Below are positions 1-8,879 of a stretch of 64,000 nt of DNA, piece by piece. A model generated the notes under the pieces. The model did not search any database, was not told the DNA's origin, and saw nothing but the letters and a program-made list of their open reading frames with translations. Made by a program: the position numbers and the translations under genes. The stretch's first letter is position 1. Each line of letters starts with the position of its first letter. Source of the stretch: an uncultured Oscillospiraceae bacterium (GTDB lineage: Bacteria > Bacillota > Clostridia > Oscillospirales > Acutalibacteraceae); NCBI GenBank assembly GCA_902492045.1, contig CABUKB010000008.1, forward strand, positions 7,720 through 71,719. The letters are read 5' to 3'.

Positions 1-322
1 TGCCGGAAACATCAAAGCTGCGGGAGAACGACCCATAGCGGCGCTCGCGGCGGACGTATTGTTTTTTGTCGTCCTTCTCTTCCTTTTCGTCGGTGTGTTC
101 TGCATGAATGGTCAACGTGTCGCCGTCCAGGTCGAGATGGATGTCTTCTTTTTGGAATCCGGGGAGTTCCGCCTCAAGCACATAGCGGTCTCCCTTATCC
201 AGAATATCGGTGCGGAACCGCGATACACGGGTATCCAACCCATCAAAAAGGTTTTTCTCCACCTCATCCAGATATTGGAACAGATTGCGTTCATTTCGTC
301 CAAAAGGCATCAGGTCAAACAT
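1..322 (-). CDS. Hsp20/alpha-crystallin family small heat-shock protein (3' end runs off the window)
   Basis: My own minus-strand translation from the ATG at 322-320 gives MFDLMPFGRNERNLFQYLDEVEKNLFDGL...DKGDRYVLEAELPGFQKEDIHLDLDGDTLTIHAEH...RRERRYGSFSRSF. A GGAGG RBS lies 8 nt upstream. It is absent from the ORF track because there is no stop inside the window. Confidence 0.85.
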   Translation of the reverse strand, partial: MFDLMPFGRNERNLFQYLDEVEKNLFDGLDTRVSRFRTDILDKGDRYVLEAELPGFQKEDIHLDLDGDTLTIHAEHTDEKEEKDDKKQYVRRERRYGSFSRSFDVSG

Positions 323-473
323 AAGGCATACCTCCAATATGTCATCTTCGTTTTGTTTTTTGGTGTATCATCAGACCCACGGGATTCGCCTTCCTTCTCA
401 TCTCTTGAACAATCTTTAGTTTATCCGGAATTTGTGACAAAGATTACGATTAAAAATGAACAAAATGTTAATA

Positions 474-500
474 TTAGCACTCTTAATTTAAGAGTGCTAA
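474..500. promoter_or_regulatory. CIRCE element (HrcA operator), perfect consensus
   Basis: TTAGCACTC-ttaatttaa-GAGTGCTAA is an exact match to the TTAGCACTC-N9-GAGTGCTAA consensus. It sits in the AT-rich divergent hsp20/trxB intergenic region. Confidence 0.85.
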
Positions 501-570
501 TTCCGATAAACATATTTCCTTTTGGAATTGCTTATACTAATACCAAATGGGAGTAACAGGAGGCGTAGTC

Positions 571-1533
571 ATGAGCCAGGCAAGCGATGTCCTCATCATC
601 GGAGCGGGTCCCGCCGGTTTGACGGCAGCCATGTATGTCTGCCGGGCCGGATGGACGGCCACGGTTTTGGATAAAGGATTTTATGGGGGCCAGATGGCGA
701 TAACACCTGAAGTGGAAAACTATCCGGGTGTGCTGCGCACGGCCGGTCCGGACCTATCCAAGAATATGTACGAGCAAGCGATGGAATTTGGAGCACAGAT
801 AGTGTTTGAGGAAGTTCAGAAGGTCACTTTCAATAGCCAACATAAAACGGTGGTCACGTCGAAAGGCCGATATGAGGGCCGGAGCGTTATCGTGGCCAAT
901 GGCGCGAAAAGGCGGCATCTCGGCTGCCCGGGAGAAGAAACCTTTGCAGGCCGGGGCGTTTCCTATTGTGCGACCTGTGACGGTGCCTTTTTCAAAAATC
1001 GGGAAGTCGTCCTGGTCGGGGGAGGCAATACGGCCCTGGAGGATGCGCTTTATCTCGCCCAAATATGCCACGGCGTCACATTGGTACACCGCCGTGGTTC
1101 TTTTCGCGGGGAGAGACGCCTGGCTCAGGCGGTTTTGGAGCATCCGCGCATTCGCGTGGTTTACCACTCCACGGTAACGGAAATCCAGGGGGATCATTCG
1201 GTGAATGCGGTTTTGATCCGGGACGAAAACACCGGGGAAACCGTACCGGTCCCGACAGCAGCTGTTTTTATCGCCATTGGATACGAACCCGACAACCGTC
1301 TTTTTTCGCCGCCGATTGCGTTGGATCAAGCAGGCTATATCCAGGCGGGGGAAGATTGCCGGACCAATATAGAGGGGGTTTTCGCAGCCGGAGACTGCCG
1401 TACAAAACCGCTTCGTCAAATTGTGACGGCTACGGCTGACGGTGCGGTGGCGGCTTTTCAGGCGGGAGCTTACCTGGCCGAAGCGGGGGAGGGAAATGAA
1501 CCGGATGCGGTTTTGAGCAGCATGTCCGTTTAG
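571..1533 (+). CDS. trxB: thioredoxin-disulfide reductase
   Basis: The ORF shows the FAD motif VLIIGAGPAGLTAA, the redox-active CATCDG and the NADPH motif GGGNTALEDA. AGGAGG lies 7 nt upstream of the ATG at 571; the ORF track begins at 547. Confidence 0.95.
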   Translation: MSQASDVLIIGAGPAGLTAAMYVCRAGWTATVLDKGFYGGQMAITPEVENYPGVLRTAGPDLSKNMYEQAMEFGAQIVFEEVQKVTFNSQHKTVVTSKGRYEGRSVIVANGAKRRHLGCPGEETFAGRGVSYCATCDGAFFKNREVVLVGGGNTALEDALYLAQICHGVTLVHRRGSFRGERRLAQAVLEHPRIRVVYHSTVTEIQGDHSVNAVLIRDENTGETVPVPTAAVFIAIGYEPDNRLFSPPIALDQAGYIQAGEDCRTNIEGVFAAGDCRTKPLRQIVTATADGAVAAFQAGAYLAEAGEGNEPDAVLSSMSV

Positions 1534-1588
1534 AAAGATGACAGGTTTCGCCAGGCGGTTCTGGATTGCATACGTGAGTTATATTCAC

Positions 1589-1616
1589 TTGACAAGCAAC
1601 TGCCGTTCAGGATATT
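1589..1616 (+). promoter_or_regulatory. sigma-70-like promoter (TTGACA-16 nt-GATATT)
   Basis: TTGACA at 1589-1594 and GATATT at 1611-1616. The implied transcription start lies downstream of the ATG at 1615, which argues for the internal GTG start of the next ORF. Confidence 0.5.
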
Positions 1617-1701
1617 GTTAAGTCAAAGCCGCCCCGGGGGAGATGAGGCTTTGGCGGAGAAAAAAACGTGGAAAAGTTACCGGCATCAGAAGGAGTTTGT
1701 C

Positions 1702-1833
1702 GTGCGTACACGGATAGACGCAGAAACCATCGGCAAACTGGATGTCTGCTGCCGCCTGCTCGAAACAAGCCGTTCAGAAATTCTGCGCATGGGAATCGGC
1801 CGGATATACGAGGAACTGATGAAAGACCATTAG
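1702..1833 (+). CDS. small ribbon-helix-helix (CopG-like) protein, hypothetical
   Basis: The translation (V)RTRIDAETIGKLDVCCRLLETSRSEILRMGIGRIYEELMKDH has a beta-strand/helix/helix pattern. AAGGAG at 1690-1695 lies 6 nt before the GTG at 1702. The ORF track extends it to 1615. Confidence 0.5.
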   Translation: MRTRIDAETIGKLDVCCRLLETSRSEILRMGIGRIYEELMKDH

Positions 1834-1859
1834 GGTTTGTATCGTTTTTTCTGTTTCTT

Positions 1860-1898
1860 ACACCCCCGTGGGATCGCCGCGGGGGTGTTTGTGTATTT
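1860..1898 (+). terminator. intrinsic terminator
   Basis: ACACCCCCGTG / CGCGGGGGTGT stem with a 7-nt loop, followed by a T-rich tail. Confidence 0.7.
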
Positions 1899-2058
1899 CA
1901 ACCGAAAAATATCCAAAGGCTGCGAAATATAGTTTGTAAACTATAAAAAGAAAAACCTTGCGGAGACCTCGATAAGCCGCTATAATAAGACTGAATCGGC
2001 CGGCTTGGCCGGTATGAGCGATCCATTTCACAGTATTTAAGAAACGGAGGAATACAGG

Positions 2059-3144
2059 ATGGCAAAATTGAAAGTGGGTGTTATCGGCTGCGGCGGCATT
2101 GCGAACGGCAAGCATCTGCCCGCCTTGAAAAAGCAGGCAGACCGGGCGGAAATGGTCGCCTTCTGTGACCTGATTGTGGAAAGGGCGGAAGCGGCTAAAG
2201 CTACATATGGAACCGCGGACGCCAAGGTTTATGTGGATTATCGGGAGCTTTTGGCGGACAAATCCATTGATGTGGTGCATGTCTGCACCCCCAACCGTTC
2301 CCATTGCGAGATCACGGTGGCGGCCCTGGAGGCCGGCAAGCATGTTATGTGTGAGAAGCCTATGGCCAAAACTGCGGCTGACGCCCGGCTGATGCTGGAA
2401 ACCGCGAAGAAAACCGGCAAAAAGCTGACCATCGGCTATCAAAACCGCTTCCGTCCGGATTCCCTGCTGATGAAACGGGCGGCTGAAGAAGGGGAACTCG
2501 GCGACATTTATTTTGCCAAGGCCCACGCCATCCGGCGCCGCGCGGTGCCGACCTGGGGCGTTTTCCTCAATGAATATGAGCAGGGAGGCGGCCCGCTGAT
2601 CGACATCGGCACCCATGCGCTTGACCTCACACTGTGGATGATGAACAACTACAAGCCGAAAGCGGTTCTCGGCCGGGCTTTCAAAAAGCTGGGCGATCAG
2701 AAGGAGACCGGAAACGCTTGGGGCGATTGGGATCCCAAGGCATTTACGGTGGAAGACTCGGCTTTTGGCATGGTGACGATGGAAGACGGTTCCGCGATTA
2801 TCCTGGAATCCAGCTGGGCGATCAACCTTCTCGATGTCCGGGAAGCGCAGACGACCCTGTGCGGAACCAAGGGCGGTGCGGATATGATCGACGGGCTGCG
2901 CTTCAACCGGATCCATTTGGGCCGCCAAGTGGTGGAAAAGGTGGATTTGAACGCCGGCGGAGTGGCCTTTTATGACGGTTCTTCTGCCGCCGATCCTTCC
3001 GAGTTGGAGTGCTCCCAGTGGATCACCTCGATCCTCAAGGATACCCAGCCTCTGGTTCTGCCGGAGCAGGCGCTGGTGGTCACGGAGATCCTGGAAGCCA
3101 TTTACACCTCATCCAAGACGGGCAAAGCCGTCTACTTTGACTAA
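2059..3144 (+). CDS. Gfo/Idh/MocA family NAD(P)-dependent oxidoreductase
   Basis: N-terminal Rossmann motif KVGVIGCGGIANGKHLPAL and the conserved EKPMA motif; 361 aa; GGAGG RBS. Confidence 0.9.
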   Translation: MAKLKVGVIGCGGIANGKHLPALKKQADRAEMVAFCDLIVERAEAAKATYGTADAKVYVDYRELLADKSIDVVHVCTPNRSHCEITVAALEAGKHVMCEKPMAKTAADARLMLETAKKTGKKLTIGYQNRFRPDSLLMKRAAEEGELGDIYFAKAHAIRRRAVPTWGVFLNEYEQGGGPLIDIGTHALDLTLWMMNNYKPKAVLGRAFKKLGDQKETGNAWGDWDPKAFTVEDSAFGMVTMEDGSAIILESSWAINLLDVREAQTTLCGTKGGADMIDGLRFNRIHLGRQVVEKVDLNAGGVAFYDGSSAADPSELECSQWITSILKDTQPLVLPEQALVVTEILEAIYTSSKTGKAVYFD

Positions 3145-3260
3145 ACCGGGATGAACCGCAAGCCTCTGGAGACGATAGGGGGCGGGGTGCCCTGTCTCGA
3201 GAGAGCGGCGGCAAGGTGGGTGTCCCCGCATAAGAGCTTAGAAAAAATGGAACACGAACG

Positions 3261-3304
3261 CGGCCGGCCCTCAGATTCTTTTGGATCTGAGGGCCGGCCG
3301 TTTT
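3261..3304. terminator. bidirectional intrinsic terminator between convergent genes
   Basis: CGGCCGGCCCTCAGATTC...GATCTGAGGGCCGGCCG long stem, with TTTT on the plus strand and a T-run on the minus strand (ccatttttt). Confidence 0.75.
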
Positions 3305-3310
3305 GAACGG

Positions 3311-5191
3311 TTACGCATGGGATACGTAATACTGAGCCTGAGCGTTCCAAAGTTCCTGATACTTGCCGTTTGCATCCGCCATCAATTCGTCGTGGCTTCC
3401 ATGCTGGACAATCTGTCCATGGTCAAACACAGCGATGGTATCGCAAAACCGGCAGGAGGAAAGCCGATGGCTGATATAAACCGCGGTTTTATCCTCGACG
3501 ATGTCGTTGAATTTGGAATATATCTCGTATTCCGCGATTGGATCGAGTGCGGCGGTCGGTTCATCCAGAATAATAAACGGCGCGTCTTTATACAATGCTC
3601 TGGCGAGGGCGATCTTCTGTGCCTCGCCGCCGGAAATGTCGATTCCCTGCTTGCAGAAATCCTTGTACAGATAGGTGTCGAGACCATCCGGCAATTCTTT
3701 CAGCCGTTCTTCAAATCCGGCATACTGTAAGCACCGCTCCGCCAACTGTCGGTCGTAATGCATTCTGGCCGCCACATTCTCGCCCAAACCGTACGCAAAC
3801 AGATGAAAGTCCTGAAATACCACCGAAAATACCGACCGATATTCGTCGTAGTCGTATTTTTTAATATTGATTCCGTTGAGGAGGATTTCTCCTTCCGTCG
3901 GATCGTACAAGCGGCACAGCAGCTTGATGAACGTGGTTTTTCCGCTCCCATTCATACCGACCACCGCAAGCCGTTCCCCGACCCGGAATTTCATCGAGAC
4001 GTCTTGCAGCGCAAAAGTGTCGCTTCCGGGATATCGGAAAGAGACATGGCGGAATTCGATTTCATAATCCCGGTCCATCCGCTTTTCTACCGTCAAGCTG
4101 CCTTGATACATGCGATTGGGGATATCCAGGAATTCAAAAATCAGCTTAAGGAACGAAGCGTTGTTCCGCATATCTCCTACCGTGCCAATGGAAGCTCCAA
4201 TGCTTCCAGCGACCCGCGTGATGGCGGATACATATTGCGTGACAGCGCCGATCCCGAACGCGCCGCCCAAGGCTTTCAGGCACACAAAGGCATAGACCAC
4301 CCCTGTAAAGAGTACCGACACAGCCGAAGAAGCGGCATTGTAAAGACCGATGGGGCCCTTCGCCAATTGAGCAAACATCCCCTTAGAACCAAAGGTGGAG
4401 TTCTTATCCTTGTTATACCTCTCGCAAAGGGTATCCTGCCTGTAAATCCGCACATCGGCGGCTACGTCATTTTTATAACCTAGAAAACCGTAATATCCAA
4501 ACAAACGGTTCCCCATATTGTGCGAGTCGGAGTGAAGTGCATAGTAGCTCCCGGCCTTATTGGATAGCAGGGGAGCGGAATAGGTGACGACCAGCATAAC
4601 CGCCAGAATCAGCAGAATACACAGAGGATTATTCAAAATGGTATACCCGCCGGAGGTGTCCGGCACGCGGCTTGTGAACAGTGAGATTGTCAAAGCAACC
4701 CCGCCGCATAAGGTTAGAAACGCCGATAGAATCCCCTCGATATGACCATATACCCGGTTTAACCCCCATGCGCCGCCGTTGCGGTTTTGCTCAATGGTCG
4801 CATACAATTCATGGGTTTTGGCGTCGTCGGCATCGGCATAGTCCATGCTCATCATTTTTTCAGCAAATATTTGCTGTACCTTGTAATATAGACCGGCGCA
4901 CGCCGTGTCCCGCCATTTGTGCAGAAAAGCGGCTATCAGCGAAATTACCGCTTCGGAACACAGAATCATCAGAACAAGCTTTGTCAGTTCGGATGGATCG
5001 CGGGGCCCGGCAAGCTCTGCGATCAACAAGGCCGAAAGATAAATATTGACATACGGAACCAAAGCATCCCAAACGATGTTTATGAGCCGGGAGATAATCA
5101 TCCGAGGGCAACGCTTATAAATCAGAGAAAATGCGCGCCGGGTGAGCCTCCACGTTTCACGCCAAGTCAGCAGCTTCTTTTCCCGGTTCAT
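3311..5191 (-). CDS. ABC transporter ATP-binding protein/permease (exporter half-transporter, subunit 2)
   Basis: N-terminal 6-TM region plus an NBD with Walker A GMNGSGKTT, signature ISGGEAQKIALAR and Walker B FIILDEPTAALD. The start is taken at MNREKK (5191), 6 nt after GAGAGGGGG. It overlaps the upstream gene's stop. Confidence 0.9.
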   Translation of the reverse strand: MNREKKLLTWRETWRLTRRAFSLIYKRCPRMIISRLINIVWDALVPYVNIYLSALLIAELAGPRDPSELTKLVLMILCSEAVISLIAAFLHKWRDTACAGLYYKVQQIFAEKMMSMDYADADDAKTHELYATIEQNRNGGAWGLNRVYGHIEGILSAFLTLCGGVALTISLFTSRVPDTSGGYTILNNPLCILLILAVMLVVTYSAPLLSNKAGSYYALHSDSHNMGNRLFGYYGFLGYKNDVAADVRIYRQDTLCERYNKDKNSTFGSKGMFAQLAKGPIGLYNAASSAVSVLFTGVVYAFVCLKALGGAFGIGAVTQYVSAITRVAGSIGASIGTVGDMRNNASFLKLIFEFLDIPNRMYQGSLTVEKRMDRDYEIEFRHVSFRYPGSDTFALQDVSMKFRVGERLAVVGMNGSGKTTFIKLLCRLYDPTEGEILLNGINIKKYDYDEYRSVFSVVFQDFHLFAYGLGENVAARMHYDRQLAERCLQYAGFEERLKELPDGLDTYLYKDFCKQGIDISGGEAQKIALARALYKDAPFIILDEPTAALDPIAEYEIYSKFNDIVEDKTAVYISHRLSSCRFCDTIAVFDHGQIVQHGSHDELMADANGKYQELWNAQAQYYVSHA

Positions 5192-7019
5192 AAACATCCC
5201 CCTCTCGGTAATATTTGCTCTGTATCTCAAACAGCCGCGCGTATTCCCCGGACAGCTTCAGGAGCTCATCATGTGTGCCTTCTTCCGCAATTTTGTGATT
5301 ATGGATCAGCAGAATCCGGTCGCAAAAGCGGGTGGAAGCCAGGCGGTGGGAAATGTAAACGGAGGTACACCCCTGTGTCATGGCGTTATATTTGCTGTAC
5401 ATATCCGCTTCCGCAATGGGGTCAAGGGCGGCGGTCGGTTCGTCCAGCAGGATAAACGGCGCTTTTTTATAAAGGGCGCGGGCCAGCATCAGTCTTTGGG
5501 TTTCCCCGCCGGACAGTTCCGCCCCGTCTTCATAGATGGTGCGGTTTAAATAGGTTTGGTAACCGTCTTTTAGCGAATGGATTTTGTCGGTCAGCCCGGC
5601 CTTTTCCACACAGTCCCGTATACGATCCATATCCGGATTGTTTTCCGTTTGCGCCACATTGGTGGCTACGGTCCCCGCCAGCAGCGAGAAGTTTTGAAAC
5701 ACCGCCGAAAACATCGCATAATAGTCCTGCCGGTTATAAGTCCGAATGTCCTTTCCGTCCAGGAGAACCCGGCCGTGCGTCGGGTCGAAAAAGCCGCAAA
5801 TGAGTTTGACGAGCGTGGTCTTTCCCGCGCCGTTGAGACCGACCACCGCCACCTTTTCCCCCGGATGGATCGTGATGTTGATATCCTCCAGGGTGTAATC
5901 CTCGGCTCCCGGATATTTGAAAAACACCTTTTCAAGTTTAAGCTCATGCTGGATTTCGGGTGAGGCGGATAGTTTTTCCCCCTCTGCAAACCGAAAGAGT
6001 TCCGGATATTCGAGACATTCTCTTACGGTGGATATGTCGAGGCTTTGACGGTACAGGGTTGTCATATTCCCCAGAATGCCGCTTACCCATGTGGTAAAGC
6101 CGTTGACCGCCGAAAAATAAAGGAGGAATGCGGATACGCTCAGACCGTCTGTCAATACCAAACGAATCAAAAAAACATACGCAAGGCCATTTCGCAGAAA
6201 CGCCAGCACCAGGTCCAGGAGGCTTCCCCAAAGGCAAATATTGTTCGCACGGCGATGAAAAGCGGTAAATGCCGTCATGGCTTTGTCGCTGATTTCCTGA
6301 ATCCACGGCTTCATGCCAAAGATGCGGATGTCTTTGGCGGCCGTGTGGTTCCGAGCCTGACCAACTTGATACCAAAGTTTGGCGGATATTTCGCCCTCTT
6401 CTTCGCGATGCCGGTATCCGTAGCCGGACAGCCGTTTATTCACAAAATAGCCCACTACGCCCGTCAGCAAAATGACCATCATCAGCCATAAGTCCAGCGA
6501 TACCAGCAAAAACAAATAAATGATAAAACCGATCCCATTTTGCAGAAGCTGCGTGAGGGTCTCCCATATGGCTTCGGTTGCCTCTCGGTTGGTGCTTATA
6601 GCCTGTTTTGATTTGGAACACAGTTTAATAAATGTTTCATCTATCAGATTGGGATAAGAGGTGGTGCAGGCTTTTTTATTTAATGCTGCAATTACCGCTC
6701 GCCGCACGGTAATCCTACCGTATAGGCTATTGGTATTCACATAGGAAGTTGCGGCGGAACAAAACATGATCAGCGCTACAAACGTCAAAATGGTGGCAAT
6801 CAGCTCTGTAAACGATGCCCGCCGTTCCACAACCGACAATATGGACGGCGAAACATACAGGTTGACCAGATTGCCCGCTACGGTAAGACAGACCTGCAAC
6901 AGGCACAAGACCAAAACCTTTTTTTCTTTTTCGCGCCACGCAAGCTCTATCATGTACGCGGAACACTGCCACATGGTATACTTGGGCTTTGCGTTCTTTT
7001 CTTTTTTCAAAATTCCCAC
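5157..7019 (-). CDS. ABC transporter ATP-binding protein/permease (exporter half-transporter, subunit 1)
   Basis: TM domain plus an NBD with GLNGAGKTT, LSGGETQRLMLAR and FILLDEPTAALD. GTG start with a GAGAGGGG RBS. Confidence 0.9.
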   Translation of the reverse strand: MGILKKEKNAKPKYTMWQCSAYMIELAWREKEKKVLVLCLLQVCLTVAGNLVNLYVSPSILSVVERRASFTELIATILTFVALIMFCSAATSYVNTNSLYGRITVRRAVIAALNKKACTTSYPNLIDETFIKLCSKSKQAISTNREATEAIWETLTQLLQNGIGFIIYLFLLVSLDLWLMMVILLTGVVGYFVNKRLSGYGYRHREEEGEISAKLWYQVGQARNHTAAKDIRIFGMKPWIQEISDKAMTAFTAFHRRANNICLWGSLLDLVLAFLRNGLAYVFLIRLVLTDGLSVSAFLLYFSAVNGFTTWVSGILGNMTTLYRQSLDISTVRECLEYPELFRFAEGEKLSASPEIQHELKLEKVFFKYPGAEDYTLEDINITIHPGEKVAVVGLNGAGKTTLVKLICGFFDPTHGRVLLDGKDIRTYNRQDYYAMFSAVFQNFSLLAGTVATNVAQTENNPDMDRIRDCVEKAGLTDKIHSLKDGYQTYLNRTIYEDGAELSGGETQRLMLARALYKKAPFILLDEPTAALDPIAEADMYSKYNAMTQGCTSVYISHRLASTRFCDRILLIHNHKIAEEGTHDELLKLSGEYARLFEIQSKYYREGDVYEPGKEAADLA

Positions 7020-7102
7020 CCCTCTCTGTGCTCCAGTTTAACATGCGGCGCCTCGAAATGACTTTTTGGGGATCAATCGTGGTTTACGGGTGACGAACAG
7101 CA

Positions 7103-7765
7103 TCATTTTTGCGGGATGAGTATTTCGGTGGTAAAGGCGCCGTCCTCACTGTTTCGGTTGATATATCCGTCCAGACGCTCAATAATGGTATCGATGCGGA
7201 TACAGCCGAACCCGTGCCCCTCTCCTTTGGTGGATTGGAATCTTCCGTTGCGTTTTATTTGCTTTTTCGCGGCGGTAAAATTGGTCATGGACATATAAAG
7301 CTGCGTGTTTTTCATGTCCATATAAATGCGGATCAGCCGCTTTTCTTCCGGCAGCGCGAGGCTGGCCTCGATCGCATTATCAAAAAGATTGCCGATAATC
7401 ACGCATAAATCCAGTTCCGAAGTTTTCAGAGCAAGCGGGATATATACATCCGCTTTCACCGGGACATTTCTGGATTTGGCAAGAGAAATTTTACTGTTAA
7501 GGATGGCGTCCGCCATTGGGTTGCCGGTTTTAACGACGGGTTCTACGGTGGTTAAATCCGTCTCCAATTCATCCAGGTAAGTCTGGATTGCGGCCATATC
7601 TCCGGTTGCCGCATAGGCTTTCATGATCTGGATATGATTCCGATAGTCGTGACGCCAACCGCGCATTTGTCTGTACATATTCTCCACTTCGGTATAATGC
7701 GTGGCAATCAGTTCCCTCTGATAGGCGGCGAGGCGTTTATCCATTTGTTTTGAAAAAAATTTCAT
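7103..7765 (-). CDS. GHKL ATPase / HPK10 (AgrC-ComD-like) histidine kinase catalytic core without a membrane sensor domain
   Basis: H-box WRHDYRNHIQ, N-box NLFDNAIEAS and G-box GEGHGFG. It is only 220 aa, and I see no hydrophobic segment in the translation. Confidence 0.85.
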   Translation of the reverse strand: MKFFSKQMDKRLAAYQRELIATHYTEVENMYRQMRGWRHDYRNHIQIMKAYAATGDMAAIQTYLDELETDLTTVEPVVKTGNPMADAILNSKISLAKSRNVPVKADVYIPLALKTSELDLCVIIGNLFDNAIEASLALPEEKRLIRIYMDMKNTQLYMSMTNFTAAKKQIKRNGRFQSTKGEGHGFGCIRIDTIIERLDGYINRNSEDGAFTTEILIPQK

Positions 7766-7776
7766 AGCAGCCTCCG

Positions 7777-8475
7777 TTATGTATGGGCTATAAACGCTTG
7801 GATCAATGGGCCGTATTGCCCTCTGGGCAGTGGGATGACCGTGCCATTGGAAAGAAAAACGCGGTCTTTCGTGATTTTATCAATATAAGTGAGATTCAAT
7901 AGATAAGAGCGCCCCATTCGGTAAAACCGTTCGTCGAGGTCCCGTTCAAATTCACCCAGGGTCTTTTTTATGGTGTAGTCCTTTTTCGCATGAACCGTCA
8001 CATAGTTTTGCCGCACCTCGAGATATTGGATCTCGTAAACCGGAATCCTAAACATTTCTCCCGCCACCGATAGAAACAGCGATTTTTCGTTCTTTTTGAT
8101 TTTTATTGCGGCATGATCCAGTACACTTTCGAGTTTTTCGGAAGAAACAGGTTTTATCAGATAATGCAGCGCCGCGACCTCATACCCCTCGGCTATATAA
8201 TCCGAGTACCCCGTGGTAAAGACGATCTGCACCGCGTCGTTTTCCCGGCGGATTCTCTTGGCAAGGTCAACGCCGTTCATGGAGGGCATCTCAATGTCCA
8301 GCAACAGGATATCGAAGTTCTTCTGTTCCGCATAATGAAACAAAAAGGCTTCTGCGGATGGAAATGCATGGATGTCGACCGTGGCGTTGACGCGCACAGC
8401 CCATTTTTTGATGAGGGAAGTGAGATATTGGATATCCGGTTCCATGTCGTCACAGATGGCAATGGTATATTTCAT
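7777..8475 (-). CDS. LytR/AlgR (LytTR) family response regulator
   Basis: Receiver domain IAICDD...LLLDIEMP...K with a C-terminal LytTR-type DNA-binding domain (YLEVRQNYVTVHAK...). It lies 11 nt upstream of the kinase. Confidence 0.9.
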   Translation of the reverse strand: MKYTIAICDDMEPDIQYLTSLIKKWAVRVNATVDIHAFPSAEAFLFHYAEQKNFDILLLDIEMPSMNGVDLAKRIRRENDAVQIVFTTGYSDYIAEGYEVAALHYLIKPVSSEKLESVLDHAAIKIKKNEKSLFLSVAGEMFRIPVYEIQYLEVRQNYVTVHAKKDYTIKKTLGEFERDLDERFYRMGRSYLLNLTYIDKITKDRVFLSNGTVIPLPRGQYGPLIQAFIAHT

Positions 8476-8879
8476 ACCGACTCTCTCCCTTCAAGCGCAC
8501 TCCTCTGTTCAACCGAATAGGGGCGGATATACGCCCGCCGCATACATTTGAAATGTGTGGTACAAAAAACAGCCGCAATACGGGTATGATTGATTTTCAC
8601 AAAATACCCCTTGTTCATTCCTTATAGAATATCATAAATGCCCATGTAATTCAAATTCAGGAGAGGGTCTTTCACAAATACAACATTTGGAACCGAAAGC
8701 TCCCCGGACCGGCCGAGCGGTTCGGGGAGCTATCTCCATCAACATTTTGGTTTAGGAGGCGGACAATGAAAGGAGTGCTGCCATGTCTCTCATCCGTCCT
8801 AGGGGGCAAAAGAGGTTTATAAGGTTTTGGGTCTGCAACCTCCATGCTTCCCCGGCGTTTTTGAGCCCTGCCCATTGGA

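Noticed and set aside
59-556. A 165-aa plus-strand ORF covering the window start.
   Set aside because: It lies antisense to a clearly recognisable Hsp20 gene and runs through the AT-rich intergenic region and the CIRCE element. Its sequence is low in complexity and hydrophobic, and it has no RBS.
1858-2928. A 356-aa minus-strand ORF.
   Set aside because: It is antisense to the Gfo/Idh/MocA oxidoreductase gene. It has a shadow-frame composition, and its start would lie inside the plus-strand terminator.
8472-8618. A 48-aa minus-strand ORF (MNKGYFVKINHTRIAAVFCTTHFKCMRRAYIRPYSVEQRSALEGRESV). Its TGA overlaps the ATG of the LytTR regulator (ATGA). I considered it as an AgrD-like autoinducer-peptide precursor.
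   Set aside because: The AAGGA sequence abuts the ATG with no spacing. The peptide is strongly basic and lacks both the amphipathic leader and the acidic tail typical of AgrD. No AgrB-like processing gene or C39 ABC exporter is present. The evidence is too weak to call a gene.
8766-8822. An 18-aa plus-strand ORF (MKGVLPCLSSVLGGKRGL) with a good TAGGAGG RBS, located between the GT8 gene and the LytTR operon.
   Set aside because: It is very short and has no promoter or terminator context. It lies in what is more simply the 3' region of the GT8 gene. The nearby hairpin at 8698-8730 fits a minus-strand terminator.
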